DNA of 64,000 bases from the NCBI RefSeq assembly GCF_009914755.1, contig NC_060931.1; one strand, 5' to 3'. The notes below the pieces were generated by a model, which saw only the letters and a program-made list of their open reading frames with translations, did not search any database and was not told the origin of the DNA. This document shows, in pieces, positions 38,491 to 51,150 of this stretch. The first letter of the stretch is position 1; each line of letters starts with the position of its first letter. Origin of the DNA: the human T2T-CHM13v2.0 reference genome, Homo sapiens. The translations under genes and the position numbers were made by a program.

Positions 38491-39500
38491 GGGGCTGGAA
38501 GGGTCAGTGTGATACCGTGCACCCACACTTACTCACCGAGGAGCTCTCGGATTCCGTGGGGCTGGAAGGGTCAGTGTGATACCATGCACCCACACTTACT
38601 CACCGAGAAGCTCTCGGATTCCGTGGGGCTGGAAGGGTCAGTGTGATACCGTGCACCCACGCTTACTCACCGAGGAGCTCTCGGATTCCGTGGGGCTGGA
38701 AGGGTCAGTGTGATACCGTGCACCCACGCTTACTCACCGAGGAGCTCTCGGATTCCGTGGGGCTTGACGGGTCAGTGTGATACCGTGCACCCACACTTAC
38801 TCACTGAGGAGCTCTCTCAGATTCCATGGGGCTGGAAGGGTCAGTGTGATACCATGCACCCACGCTTACTCACTGAGGAGCTCTCTCAGATTCCATGGGG
38901 CTGGAAGGGTCAGTGTGATACCATGCACCCACACTTACTCACTGAGGAGCTCTCGGATTCCATGGGGCTGGACGGGTCAGTGTGATACCGTGCACCCACA
39001 CTTACTCACCGAGGAGCTCTCGGATTCCGTGGGGCTGGAAGGGTCAGTGTGATACCGTGCACCCACACTTACTCACCGAGGAGCTCTCGGATTCCGTGGG
39101 GCTGGAAGGGTCAGTGTGATACCATGCACCCACACTTACTCACCGAGGAGCTCTCGGATTCCGTGGGGCTTGACGGGTCAGTGTGATACCATGCACCCAC
39201 GCTTACTCACTGAGGAGCTCTCTCAGATTCCATGGGGCTGGAAGGGTCAGTGTGATACCGTGCACCCACAATTACTCACCGAGGAGCTCTCTCAGATTCC
39301 ATGGGGCTGGAAGGGTCAGTGTGATACCGTGCACCCACACTTACTCACCGAGGAGCTCTCGGATTCCGTGGGGCTGGACGGGTCAGTGTGATACCGTGCA
39401 CCCACACTTACTCACCGAGGAGCTCTCGGATTCCGTGGGGCTGGAAGGGTCAGTGTGATACCGTGCACCCACACTTACTCACCGAGGAGCTCTTGGATTC
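38491..39500. repeat. Minisatellite/VNTR, 67-bp unit, ~15 copies
   Basis: Unit ggggctggaagggtcagtgtgataccRtgcacccacacttactcaccgaggagctctcggattccgt. Confidence 0.99.
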
Positions 39501-39559
39501 TGTGTTTTCAAGCCTGCCCATGTGTAGGAAAAGCACAGCCTCCATGAGAACAGCAGGAA

Positions 39560-39655
39560 CACACCCCCCAACACGCACACCCAAACACACACGCATGCAC
39601 GTGCATGTGCACACACACACACTCGTGCACGCACACGTGCACGCACACACACACA
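39560..39655. repeat. CA-rich simple repeat
   Basis: acacacgcatgcacgtgcatgtgcacacacacac. Confidence 0.85.
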
Positions 39656-40089
39656 GAGCAACGTCCTGCAGCTCCCATCTTTTCTTTTTAAAATCATACA
39701 TATTTCATTAAGCTCCATGCAGAGTGTCTTCTGATTTATGGTAATTGTCAACAAAAGCAAAAACACAGACAATTTTAACCCTGCAGTAGCTGGGAGTTAA
39801 CCGGCATGAAATCATATTTTTTTTTTCCTTTAAAAAGGGAGGGGGCTCCAAGCACTCCCTTGCATTAAACTCTGAGGATGCTGAACCAAGAGAGACAGTG
39901 TGAACCCCAGCATTGGTGGCTGTTGTCTAAGAGGCCCATGCCAGAAGCGACATCTGATAGAGTGGCCACCTCACCCCACGTGAGCCCGGCTTACTCGTGG
40001 CCTGGAGGACTTTGAGTGAGACTAATTTCCATATCAAACCCAATTTAGATGAAACGTCTTTGTTAAAAAAAAAAAAAAAAAAAGCCAGA

Positions 40090-40560
40090 GCTTCAATAGC
40101 CCCTTGATTAGATTTTCATCTCCTGAGCAGACAAATATGAATATTTATTACCATGAATGCATATTTTTCTCTTTCCATTGCTCTGATCTTGAGTATTATC
40201 CACTGCTAATTTTTATGAAAATTTGGGCAACATAATGTTTTCACATAAACTGACAGTCCTTGAGATAATCCCGTTATTGTCTGGTTGAAAATGACAGCTT
40301 CCGCTTATTCATGTGTTAACGAGGGATTAAATATTGTTTTTCATCCCCGTAATCTAAGACGGACTGGAAATTAAAAATTGAACATTGTATATTAGCAGGG
40401 CTCTGAGGACCAGAATTTGTTTGCGTTCACTTAGAGACGATCTGTAAATTAGCAGCTTCACAATCAGGCCCTGTGATGTTGCTGCTGAAGGTAGCATCAT
40501 AAAATGCCACTGACATTTCTAAAATAAATTCATTACTCTACCCGCCGCACACCAAAATGA
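40090..40560. promoter_or_regulatory. Candidate enhancer / conserved-noncoding-like AT-rich island
   Basis: ttgattagat, tgacag x2, gataatcc, ttaacgagggattaaatattgttt, cattgt, acaatc, tcataaaa in unique AT-rich sequence; motif-based only. Confidence 0.4.
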
Positions 40561-41183
40561 AAAGGCTTCTATCAGGAAATACATCGCAAAGGAAAAGACA
40601 ACACTGCCAAAGAAGTAAAATTGCAACACAAGTTATATTGCTTCAACATCAAGAATTTTTTAGGGTCCCCGTGCTAGAGGGGGCACCGGCAGCTCCTGGG
40701 AGGTGTGAGTCTTGGTCATCATGTGGCGTTGGCAGAAGGAGGACCCTGTACATCCTCCCTGCAAAATCACCCAAGGGACCCGGCCCATAGGCAGATGCAG
40801 CCACGTCCTTCTCCAGCTCTGAGGGCAGGCAGGCCATCTCCACGCTGAGCATCGTTGACGGTGACACATTTGTACCATGTGGTAATTTTTACTTTATTGC
40901 TATGGCTGGATGGCTCAGACTGAACCGTGGATCTGAAGGGTTTTTGGACAAAACTATCCTATTATCCTTCTAAAAATCGCGCTAAATTTTATTCATGTAT
41001 TTATTCATTAATTCACTCTCCCTGATTGCCTTGGTAGAATTTTTCACTTTTTAATTTATTGTTTGATATGGTGCAGGAAAATGGCATAGATGTATTCCTC
41101 TGAAGCTAGCTTGACCCAATGCTATCTTTTGGAACAAATGATAAAAAGGCACTCTGAGTTAAATGAGACACTAACAGGGTCAG

Positions 41184-41782
41184 AGTTTAGAGCTGAATTG
41201 AGTCTCTCCAAAGTGCCTATGGGAAGCTCTAATCCCAGAACTTCCGAATGTGACTGTATGTGGAGATGGAGTTGTCTATAGGAGTCATTACGGTAAAATG
41301 AGGTCATGAGGATATGTGGAGATGGGGGTGTTTACAGTAGTCATTATGATAAAATGAAGTCATGAGGGTATGTGGAGATGGAGGTGTTTACAGGAATCAT
41401 TACGGTAAAATGAGGTCATGAGGGTATGTGGAGATGGGGGTGTTTACAGTAGTCATTATGGTAAAATGAGGTCATGATGGTATGTGGAGATGGGGGTGTT
41501 TACAGGAGTCATTACAGTAAAATGTGGTCATCAGGGTGAGCCTGATCCCATGTGACTGGCATCCTTGTAGGAAGGAGATGCAGACACAGGTGCACACAGA
41601 GGGGTGAGGACTTGAGGATGCAGAGACGGCATCTGAAGCCCAGGAGAGAGGCCTTGGGAGAGACCAGCCCTGCCCACACCTTGATCTTGGACTTCAGCCA
41701 CCAGGATTGTGAGCAATAAAGGTTTGTGACTGAAGCCCCCCACTCTGCAGTATTCTGTTGTGGCAGCCAGAGAGGACGCACA
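41184..41782 (+). mobile_element. MaLR solo LTR (MLT1A/B-like) with internal tandem expansion
   Basis: gagctgaattg...ctaatcccagaacttccgaatgtgactgta... then ccagccctgcccacaccttgatcttggactt...tgtgagcaataaa...tggcagcc. Confidence 0.85.
41256..41535. repeat. Minisatellite, 56-bp unit, 5 copies, inside the MLT1 LTR
   Basis: Unit gtatgtggagatgggggtgtttacagKagtcattaYggtaaaatgaggtcatgagg. Confidence 0.95.
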
Positions 41783-42152
41783 TGGTCAACATGGCAACAC
41801 CCCCTCAGTACACCCTAGACATCTGAGGCCAAGCCCCTGTGACTGCAGGGATGCGTCTCTGCCTACGAGAAAGGAGAGGATTTCCTGTTTTCGTGGAACG
41901 TTAAGTCCAAGTGCTTGTCAACAGAAGAAAGTTACTTCTTAAGAATGTTCTTTTTGCTTTATGATCTCATTAAAAAAAAAAAATAGATTGGCACTTCAGT
42001 AAAAGGGTTTGCACACACACAACCCTAATTAGACTTTTAATAGATCCTTTGTTTCACAGGAATGAAAGTGAAGGTAAAGTTTGTGCCTGTAAACTACTAA
42101 AGAGCTACTAGGGCCCAGTGTCTAGGGCCCTCCACCATCCATCAGTTTCTAA

Positions 42153-44490
42153 TGTAGGAGATGAGAACACATCACCCCAAAAATGACTGTCATACATCAG
42201 AACATGCCACCCCAAAAACAACTGTCGAAGAACAGAACATGCCGCCCCAAAAATGACTGTCATACATCAGCACATGCCACCCCACAAACTACTGTTGAAG
42301 AACAGAACACACCACCCCAAAAATGACTGTCATACATCAGCACATGCCACCCCAAAAATGACTGTCGAAGAACAGAACATGCCACCCCAAAAATGACTGT
42401 CAAAGGCTAGAAAACACCACTCCAAAAATGACTATCAGAGACCAGATACACCACCCCAAAATGACTGTTGGAGAACAGAACACGCCACCCCAAAAATGAC
42501 TGTCAGAGATCAGAACACACCACCCCAAAAATGACTATCAGAGATCAGAACACACCACCCCAAAAATGACTGTTGGAGAACAGAACATGCCATCCCAAAC
42601 TTGACTATCAGAGACCAGAATACACCACCCTGAAATGACTGTCAGAGAACAGAACACATCACCCCAAAAATGACTGTCGGAGAACAGAACACACCACCCC
42701 CAAAATGACTGTCGGAGATCAGAACATACCACCCTAAAAATGACTGTCAAAGACCAGAACATGCCACCCCAAAAATGACTGTTGGAGAACAGAACACCTC
42801 ACCCCAAAAATGACTGTCGAAGACCAGAACACACCACCGCAAAATGACTGTCAGAGACCAGAACACACCACCCCAAAAAGACTGTCAGAGAAAAGAACAC
42901 ACCACCCCAAAAATGACTGTCGGAGAACAGAATACACCACCCCAAAAAACTGTTGAAGAACAGAACACACCACCCCAAAATGACTGTCGGAGAACAGAAC
43001 ACACCACCCCAAAAATGACTATCAGAGACCAGAACACACCACCCCCCAAAATGACTGTCGGAGATAAAAACATGCCACCCCCAAAATGGCTGTTGGAGAT
43101 CAGAACACACCACCCCAAAAATGATTGTTGGAGATCAGAACATACCACCCCAAAAATGACTGTTGGAGAACAGAACACACCACCCCAAAACGACTGTTGG
43201 AGAACAGAACATGCCACCCCAAAAATGACTGTCAGAGAACAGAACATGACACCACAAAAATGACTGTTGGAGATCAAAACACACCACCTCAAAATGACTG
43301 TTGTTGGAGACCAGAACACACCACCCCAAAATGACTGTCAGGACACCACCCCAAAATGACTGTCAGGGATCAGAACACACCACCCCAAAAATGACTGTCG
43401 GAGATCAGAACACATCACCCCAAAAATGACTGTTGGAGATCAGAACACATCACCCCAAAAATGACTGTCAGAGACCAGAACACACCACCCGAAAATGACT
43501 GTCAGAGAACAGAACACACCACCCCAAAATGATTGTTGGAGATCAGAACACACCACCCCAAAATGACTGTTGGAAACCAGAACACAACACCCCAAAAATG
43601 ACTGTTGGAGAAGAGAACACACCACCCAAAAAATGATTGTCGGAGATCAGAACACACCACCCCAAAAATGACTGTTGGAGATCGGAATGCACCACCCCAA
43701 AAATGACTGTCAGAGACCAGAACACACCACCCCAAAAATGACTGTTGGAGATCAGAACACGTCACCCTAAAAACGACTGTCAGAGAACAGAACACACCAC
43801 CCCAAAATGACTGTTGGAGACCAGAACACACCACCCCAAAATGACTGTTGGAGACCAGAACATGCCACCCCAAAATGACTGTCAGAAACCAGAACACAAC
43901 ACCCCAAAAATGACTGTCAGAGACCAGAACACACCACCCCAGAAAAGACTGTCGGAGATTGGAACACACCACCCCAAAAATGACTGTCAGAGATCGGAAC
44001 GCACCACCCAAAAAATGACTGTCAGAGACTAGAACACACCACCCCAAAAATGACTGTCAGAGATCAGAACACATCACCCCAAAAACGACTGTCAGAGACT
44101 AGAACACACCACCCCAAAATGACTGTTGGAGATCAGAAAACACCACCCCAAAGTGACTGTTGGAGACCAGAACACGCCACCCCAAAATGACTGTCAGAAA
44201 CCAGAACACATCACCCCAAAAATGACTGTTGGAGATCAGAACACACTACCCCAAAATGACTGTCGAAAACCAGAACATACCACCCCAAAATGCCTGTCAG
44301 AGACCAGAACATACCACCCCAAAATGCCTGTCAGAGACCAGAACATGCCACCCCAAAATGACTGTCAGAGAACAGAACATACCACCCCAAAATGACTGTC
44401 AGAGACCAGAACATACCATCCAAAAATGACTGTCAGAGACCAGAACATAGCACCCCAAAATGACTGTCAGAGACCAGAACACACCATCCT
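42153..44490. repeat. Minisatellite/VNTR, ~35-bp unit, ~66 copies
   Basis: Unit tgtYRgagaHcagaacacaccaccccaaaa(a)tgac. Confidence 0.99.
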
Positions 44491-44744
44491 AATAAATGTA
44501 TGCCTTTTTGGCATAAGGATTATTTTGAGAAACTGAAGATATAGGAGAAGCTCTGAAAACAAGTTGATTCTCTTCTATAAGAGAGATCTATGTTTATAAA
44601 GGAGTCCTCCATTTGTAAGGGTGGCTCCTCTCTGCACCTGGAAGAGGACGGCTCTCGTCACTGGAAACCCCATCAATGCAGAGGGCTCGACTGAGGGTGC
44701 ATGACAGGCCTTGCCCTTGCTGACCGGCTTCTCTGGTCCCCTCC

Positions 44745-45106
44745 TGTGTTAATCTGTTCTCATGCTGCTGATAAATACATACGGGAGACTGGGCAATTTA
44801 TGAAAGAAAGAGGTTTAATGGACTCACAGTTCCACGTGGTTTTGGGGAGGCCTCACAATCACAAGGCCTCACAAGGTCAGAGGCACATCTCACAGGGTGG
44901 CAGACAAGAGAGAGCATGTGCAGGGAAACTGCCCTTTATAAACCATCAGATCTCATGAGACTCATTGACTGTCACGAGAACAGCATGGGAAAGACCAGCC
45001 CCCATGATTCAATGACCTCCCACCAGTTCCCTCTCACGACATGTGGCAATTGTGGGAGTGACAATTCAAGATGAGATTTGGGTGGGGACACAGCCAAACC
45101 CTATCA
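44745..45106 (-). mobile_element. THE1 (THE1B/C-like) MaLR solo LTR, complete
   Basis: tgtgttaatctgttctcatgctgct...gagatttgggtggggacacagccaaaccctatca; perfect 5-bp TSD cctcc on both sides. Confidence 0.95.
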
Positions 45107-46044
45107 CCTCCTCATTGCTCCTCCTGCTCTGTCTCAGCAGATGATGGTGCTGAAGCCTGAGTCTACACACCTCTTTGTGATTGACCCGTTTCTCTGGGTA
45201 TGGCTCATGGATGCAGGAGGTGCACATGTGAATCCACTTCGGCTTGTTTATCTCTTGTGAATCGGTTTTTTGTTACAGGAGTCCACCCCTCGTAGGAACT
45301 CAGAAGAACAGAGACACTACTTTTTCTTCCCCACACAGAGTAGTAGCTTGAGGCCACTGGCTCAAGCAAAAGGGGTACCTGAGTTGGCCTGGATGCTCAG
45401 TGGCTGCCCTGATAAGTGATTATGGAAAATGTGATGCCAGGGTGGTCTCAAGGCTGGAACGACAGCCCCCACCAGGGTGGGCTTGGCTCCATGTTCACTG
45501 TCTCGGGAGCAAGGCTGCCCTTACACCTGCAGCACGTTCCTCCACTCCACAGTGCCCAGGTGGGCCTGGGCTGGGGGCATTGGACACAATGCATCCTGGC
45601 AGCCACCCAGGCCTAGCCTCTCCAGGGCACCTGATGCCCACCTGGGCAGAGAAAGGCACCTGAGCAGAAGGGCATGGGGCTTTCAGAAGGAGGGTCCCTG
45701 AAGGGGATGCAGATGCACCCGCCTGACGCTGGAAACAAGCCAAGTTCCTCCTGCTGGCCCCAACAGGAGAGTTTCCCCTGACAGACACACCTCTGGGCTC
45801 TGCTCATCAGCGTCCATGTCCCTAGCTGGACAATTCCAGGGTTGAAAATTAGGGTTTCCCACCTGTATCTCATGAACTCTGCCAGGTAAAAGTTTCATAT
45901 TCATGGAGTATACCAGGTGCGAATGTGCTATAGATGTAGCTAAGGACATTTCAGCTTTCAGGAATCTCCATGAGAAAAGGAACTTAATTTGATGTGGGGC
46001 TCAGTGTAGGGAGTGCGACCTGGCCTGAGTCAGGCTGCCTGGTG

Positions 46045-46170
46045 CTGGCACCGGCTGCCGGTTCTGCCATGTCACTTCTCCTGCCTCAGTCTCCCCTCTG
46101 TGAAATGTTGCCTCCTGGGGACAAGGGAGATGACATGCATGTGAAGTGTGGAACACACCCCGGGAGGGGG
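46045..46170 (+). mobile_element. MIR SINE fragment
   Basis: gtcacttctcctgcctcagtctcccctctgtgaaatg...gagatgacatgcatgtgaagtg resembles the MIR core. Confidence 0.6.
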
Positions 46171-46981
46171 CGAGCATCACAACTGTTGCTGCCACTGTGC
46201 TGCTGCCGTTCTGAAAAAGCTGCAGCAGGAGCTTTCAGGGTGCAGGATCCTGTTAATTTTCTTCATCTCTTTAAGCAACTCCAAGTCTGATGGGTTGACC
46301 CACTGAAAGGGGTTTCTGGATTATTACACACTGAGGGACCTTATGAACATCCCTAGAGTTCAGTTGTTTAAATAAAAATGAACTTTGGTGCCACGTGAGC
46401 CAGGCTCCCTAGGGAACCTGCAGGGACAATCTTGCCTTCCACTAAGACCCAGGCACAAGGCGGGCCTCCGTTTCTTCAGCGGGAGACATCACCAAGTCCC
46501 CACCTCAGACAATAAGCCGTGTCCCTGCGACTGAAATCTATATTATGCATATTTTTATAAAAATGCAGCTGAAAATGTTAGAAAAGGGCACAGGGAGGGA
46601 GGGAAGCATGTCGAGAAGCAGGGACTGCCGTTGCCACAGGCAGACATGACTTATTTCATCTTATGTGACTATTTACTCTGATATTGAATAAAAATTGAAT
46701 GTGTTGCTATAGCAACAGCCACATCACACAGCACCTCTCCTGCCTTTAAGTCACAGGAAAGTATTGAGAAGGCATCCGTGAGCCAGCGCAACGTGGAAAC
46801 CTGTGTGCCATTCACAATTCCAGGAGGAAAAGATGTTGTTTCATGATGAACTCCTATTTGTCAATATGTCAAGTGCAGTTAATTATATCGAAAATACATT
46901 TTTGTGTTTTTCTTCACTTTTGAGAAATAGAAAAAGAGTGAGAAGAGCAGTAAGCAGCAAGCAGGCTGATGGGGTGCAGCT

Positions 46982-47395
46982 GAGCCCACCACAGTGGGGC
47001 TGCCCCAGGGCCACTGAAGTCCTTGTCACAGAGACAAACCCACAGCGGGTCTATCCTGGGGCCATCGAGGTCCTCACCACAGAGCCAAGCCCACAGTGGG
47101 CCTGTCCTGGGGCCATCGAGGTCTTCGTCACAGAGCCAAGCCCACCACGGTGGGGCTGTCTGGGCCATCGAGGTCCTTGTCACAGATCCAAACCCACAGT
47201 GGGCCAGTCCTGGGGCCATCGAGGTCCTCGTCAGCTGAGCCCACCCATGACGGGCCTGTCCTGGGGCCTTCGAGGTCCTTGTCACACAGCCAAGCCCACA
47301 GCGGGCCTGTCCTGGGGCCATCGAAGTCCTCATCAGCTGAGCCCACCCATGACAGGCCTGTCCTGGGGCATTTGAGGTCCTCACCACAGAGCCAA
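46982..47395. repeat. Degenerate minisatellite, ~51-54-bp unit, ~8 copies
   Basis: agcccacagYgggcctgtcctggggccatcgaggtcctYgtca words. Confidence 0.9.
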
Positions 47396-47674
47396 ACCAG
47401 AGAAGGGGCTGCTCCTGACCTCTGACCTCCCACCAACCAAAGGCTTATCTGGGGTCCTCAGATGGGCTGAATGCAGAGCTGCCTGGGCTGGGCTGATGCA
47501 AATATTTTAATGCAATTTCATGCAGATTTCCCTTTCAGACGCAAATTAGGAATATTTACCAGTAAACAGGCTTTTCTTAGGACTGAGGCACTTTTGCATT
47601 TAGGAGAAAACCATCTGTCAACTAATGCATATTAGAATAAAATAGAGTGACAGTGCAGGAAATGACAAAAGATG

Positions 47675-48367
47675 CCCACTCCCCCCAGTACCCACTTCCC
47701 CCAGTACCCACTCCCCCAGTACCCACTTCCTCCAGTACCCGCTCCCCCCATTACCTGCTGCTGCCAGTACCCACTCGCCAGTACCCACTCCCCCCAGTAC
47801 CTGCTCCCCCCAGTACCCGCTCCCCCAGTACCTGCTCCCCCCAGTACCCGCTCCCCCAGTACCCGCTCCCCCAGTGCCCACTCCATTACCCACTCTCCCA
47901 GTACGTGCTTCCCCCAGTACCCAACCCCCGTACCCACTCCCCAGTACCCGCTCCCCCAGTACCCACTCCCCCAGTACCCGCTTCCCCCAGTACCCGCTCC
48001 CCCAGTACCTGCTCCCAGTACCCGCTCCCCCAGTGCCCACTCCATTACCCACTCTCCCAGTACATGCTTCCCCCAGTACCCAACCCCCGTACCCACTCCC
48101 CAGTACCCACTCCCCCAGTACCCACTTCCCCCAGTACCCGCTCCCCCAGTAACTGCTCCATTACCTACTCCCCCCAGTACCCACTCCCCACCATACCCAC
48201 TCCCCCAGTGCCCGCTCCCCCAGTACCTGCTCCCCCAGTACTCGCTTCCCCAAGTACCCACTCCCCCAGTACCCGCTTCACCCAGTACCCGCTTCCCCAA
48301 TACCTGCTCCACCCAGTATTTGCTCCCCCCAGTACCTGCTCTCCACCATACCCACTCCCCCCAGTAC
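47675..48367. repeat. C-rich minisatellite, ~16-bp unit, ~40 copies
   Basis: Unit cccccagtacccRct(c); the minus strand is GGGTACTGGGGGAG-rich. Confidence 0.97.
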
Positions 48368-49356
48368 TGCCAGAGCCCACCACATGCACTGAGTGGGCAA
48401 GAGCCCACACAGGCACCACCGCCCCCTGCCTCCCACCCTTGGCAGAGCTTCCCACGTGCTCTTGGGCTTCTGGGGTGAGATGCCACAGGCTCCCTGAAAC
48501 GCACGCTGTCTTGGGGGGGTGTGAGTGAATGTTTCTGGAGAGAGAGACCCTGGTTTTTCTTGGGCTCACGGACGGTCTGAGATTGCTGGAGTGTTACACC
48601 CCAGTCACTGCAGCCTGGTTCTTTAGGCTGAGCCGGCACTAGGGACAAGCCGTAGCATGAGATGTAGGGTTCAGTGGTCCCCCCAGGCTTCTATCCTTGG
48701 TGTGACCCAGCATTACCATCAAACGCACTGTTACCTTCGCAAGCTCAGCTCAGTCACCTTACCCAAGGAACCCTGTGAACTCTGACACCTCAGGCTTTTT
48801 AGATCCACTGTCCAGAGCCTCAGGAGCTGTGATCTCTTCCTTCAGATACTGCTGAACCCACCGCTTTCGCTCCATTCTGACAAACCTACCTCTGACCACG
48901 TGAGCTTCTCTTCCTCCTGGGAGCTGCTCCTCCAAGCTCCTGCTCCAGGGGCCCCATCAGGAACGTGTGGCCGTGCTCTCTGCCCCACCAGCCCATCCTG
49001 CGCCCCCCCACCCCCCAACATCCAATGCCCCTTCTCTTGAATCCCCAAACACAGGCCCTCATCTAAAGGCCAGCAGTGATTTTAAACCTTTGTCATGTAC
49101 TGGCCTATGCGCAGCACCATGCCACGCAGAATCTTCACGGATGTCTGATGACTTTCGTTACTGTGAGCGTTTCCCACAGCAACCACGGTCAATGGGTGAC
49201 GGGGGCCGCCATGTCCCAGATGGTGGCTGCTCCCCTCAGGTCCCCACATTTGCTAATGTGTGTGTAAACGCCTTTCCTTTGGTTACATATTTTCTCTTTA
49301 TTTAGGTTGTAAAAAATGGTACTAAAGGTAAAATGAGATAGAACTAGACACACACA

Positions 49357-49515
49357 TTGTTCCAATATCAATCTCCTGGTTTTGCCATAATTGGCTTTTA
49401 TAATTACCCAGACGTAACCACCAGGGGAAAACCTCACTGGGTAAGGGATACATGAGACTTCTTTGTTATAACTTTGCAATTCCCTGTGAATCTATAATGG
49501 TTTCAAAATAAGAAG
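49357..49515 (+). mobile_element. Old L1 3' end (L1MC/MD-like)
   Basis: attgttccaatatcaatctcctggttttg...ggggaaac...tttgcaattccctgtgaatctataatggtttcaaaataa. Confidence 0.75.
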
Positions 49516-49570
49516 TCAGAAATCATATAAAAACTTTTGGACAAAGGAAAAAACTCACTTGCAATTCCAC

Positions 49571-50335
49571 TGAGAAAAATAAAGTCCGAAGCCCCAACTG
49601 ACGGAATGACCTACTCTTGACCAAGAGGACCCCAGAGAAACCTTAAAACTGAGTTGGGACCGTGACAGGATGAAGGTCAGACCCGCCTGGTTACCCGCCC
49701 CCATCATTAATCATCACCAGGCTTCCTTCCCTGGGTTCAGACCCGCCTGGTTACCGCCCCCCTCTCAACTAATCACCACCAGGCTTCCTTCTCTGAGGGC
49801 TGAACAGAAACCAGCCCTTTTAAAAGACTCCATTCCTGATATCCACCAAGTGCCTGAAACTGCTCTTCCTTTTATGGTTTCGACCCAACAACCAATCAGC
49901 ATTCCCTCCTCATAAGAGACCCCATTCACGGAGTGCCTCTGGCTAGTCTGTGGAGGCTGCACAGGGAGGGCCTTCATGTCCTCAGCTTCACCTTTTGATG
50001 CAGAATGCCTAACTGTAATCTGTTTACATGTTAAGTCTCCATGCCCCAGTGAACATGGGATGCATTTTGCAAACATTAGCTGACCATGCATGCCCGTGTC
50101 TCCCCTTCACAAATATTCACGGCTCCTCCCATAACCTGCTGAATATGTATACTTAGCCACCCACTCAGCATAAATTCCTGTTCCCTTTGCCTCTCACTAG
50201 AAGTGCCTGTTTCTGGCTTCTGGCCGGAGGCTACGCTTCCCAGCTGGTCAGGTTGGCTGTCCTGCAGGATGCAGCTCTTTATAAGGAATAAAGCTCTCCT
50301 TTCCCAATTACGAGCCTCGTCATTCTTCTGCTGCC
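49571..50335 (+). mobile_element. ERV1 solo LTR (MER4-family-like)
   Basis: aaaaataaagtccgaagccccaactgac...ggaccccagagaaacctt...aacagaaaccagccctttt...ccaatcagcattcc...cataaattcctg...ggaggctacgcttcccagc...aataaagctctcc; contains a 60-bp internal duplication at 49678/49738. Confidence 0.75.
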
Positions 50336-50815
50336 ACCATCAACCCCATAAGAGCTGCTCTCTTATTCACCTGTTACGTACATGGGCTTCTAACATCTCT
50401 GTGCACACACATGTTTACACAGCTGCCTTTAAGTTTAGAGTTCTCAAAATTTTAAATGAAATCACAGAATTTGATTTATTTGATTGTTAATGATGAGTTA
50501 CCTTGCTATAGTTTTATATTTTAAGTCAGTTTTTTTTTTTTGGTGAAGGTTTTGTTTTTCTGATTTCCTTGCTGGATGGAGTGTCTTCTTAGGATACATT
50601 TCTTGGAGTTTGATTACTGAGCCAAAGGGGAAGAGTTTTTGTTTGTTGGTTTGCAGATGACCACTGCTGTCCTGCCTTCTAAAGAGTTAGACTCATTCAC
50701 CCTGCCTACCATGGAGTGTACGTATATGAGTTTTATCACATTTGGTCTTTATTTATAAAACCAAAACTGTTGTTCTCAAGCAACCTTCAGTACTAATCTT
50801 AAAAATAAGACTTCA

Positions 50816-51150
<335 letters not shown>

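Larger units (their letters stand above)
42153..45335 (+). mobile_element. ERV1 solo LTR (MER34/MER39-like), expanded by a VNTR and interrupted by THE1
   Basis: Starts tgtaggagatgagaacacatcaccccaaaaatg; resumes after the array with tatgcctttttggcataaggattattttgag; ends ttttgttacaggag...aactcagaag...tttttcttccccaca. Confidence 0.78.

Noticed and set aside
42060-42073. Possible 14-nt microexon (tttgtttcacag/GAATGAAAGTGAAG/gtaaag)
   Set aside because: Not frame-preserving, the donor is weak, intervening AGs follow the putative branch point, and no host gene is evident.
44836-44850. PRDM9 hotspot motif expected in THE1 elements
   Set aside because: The minus strand reads CCTCCCCAAAACCAC, which does not fit CCNCCNTNNCCNC.
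47618-48648. Gly/Trp-rich and Pro-rich ORFs resembling structural proteins
   Set aside because: These are read-throughs of the 16-bp C-rich minisatellite on both strands.
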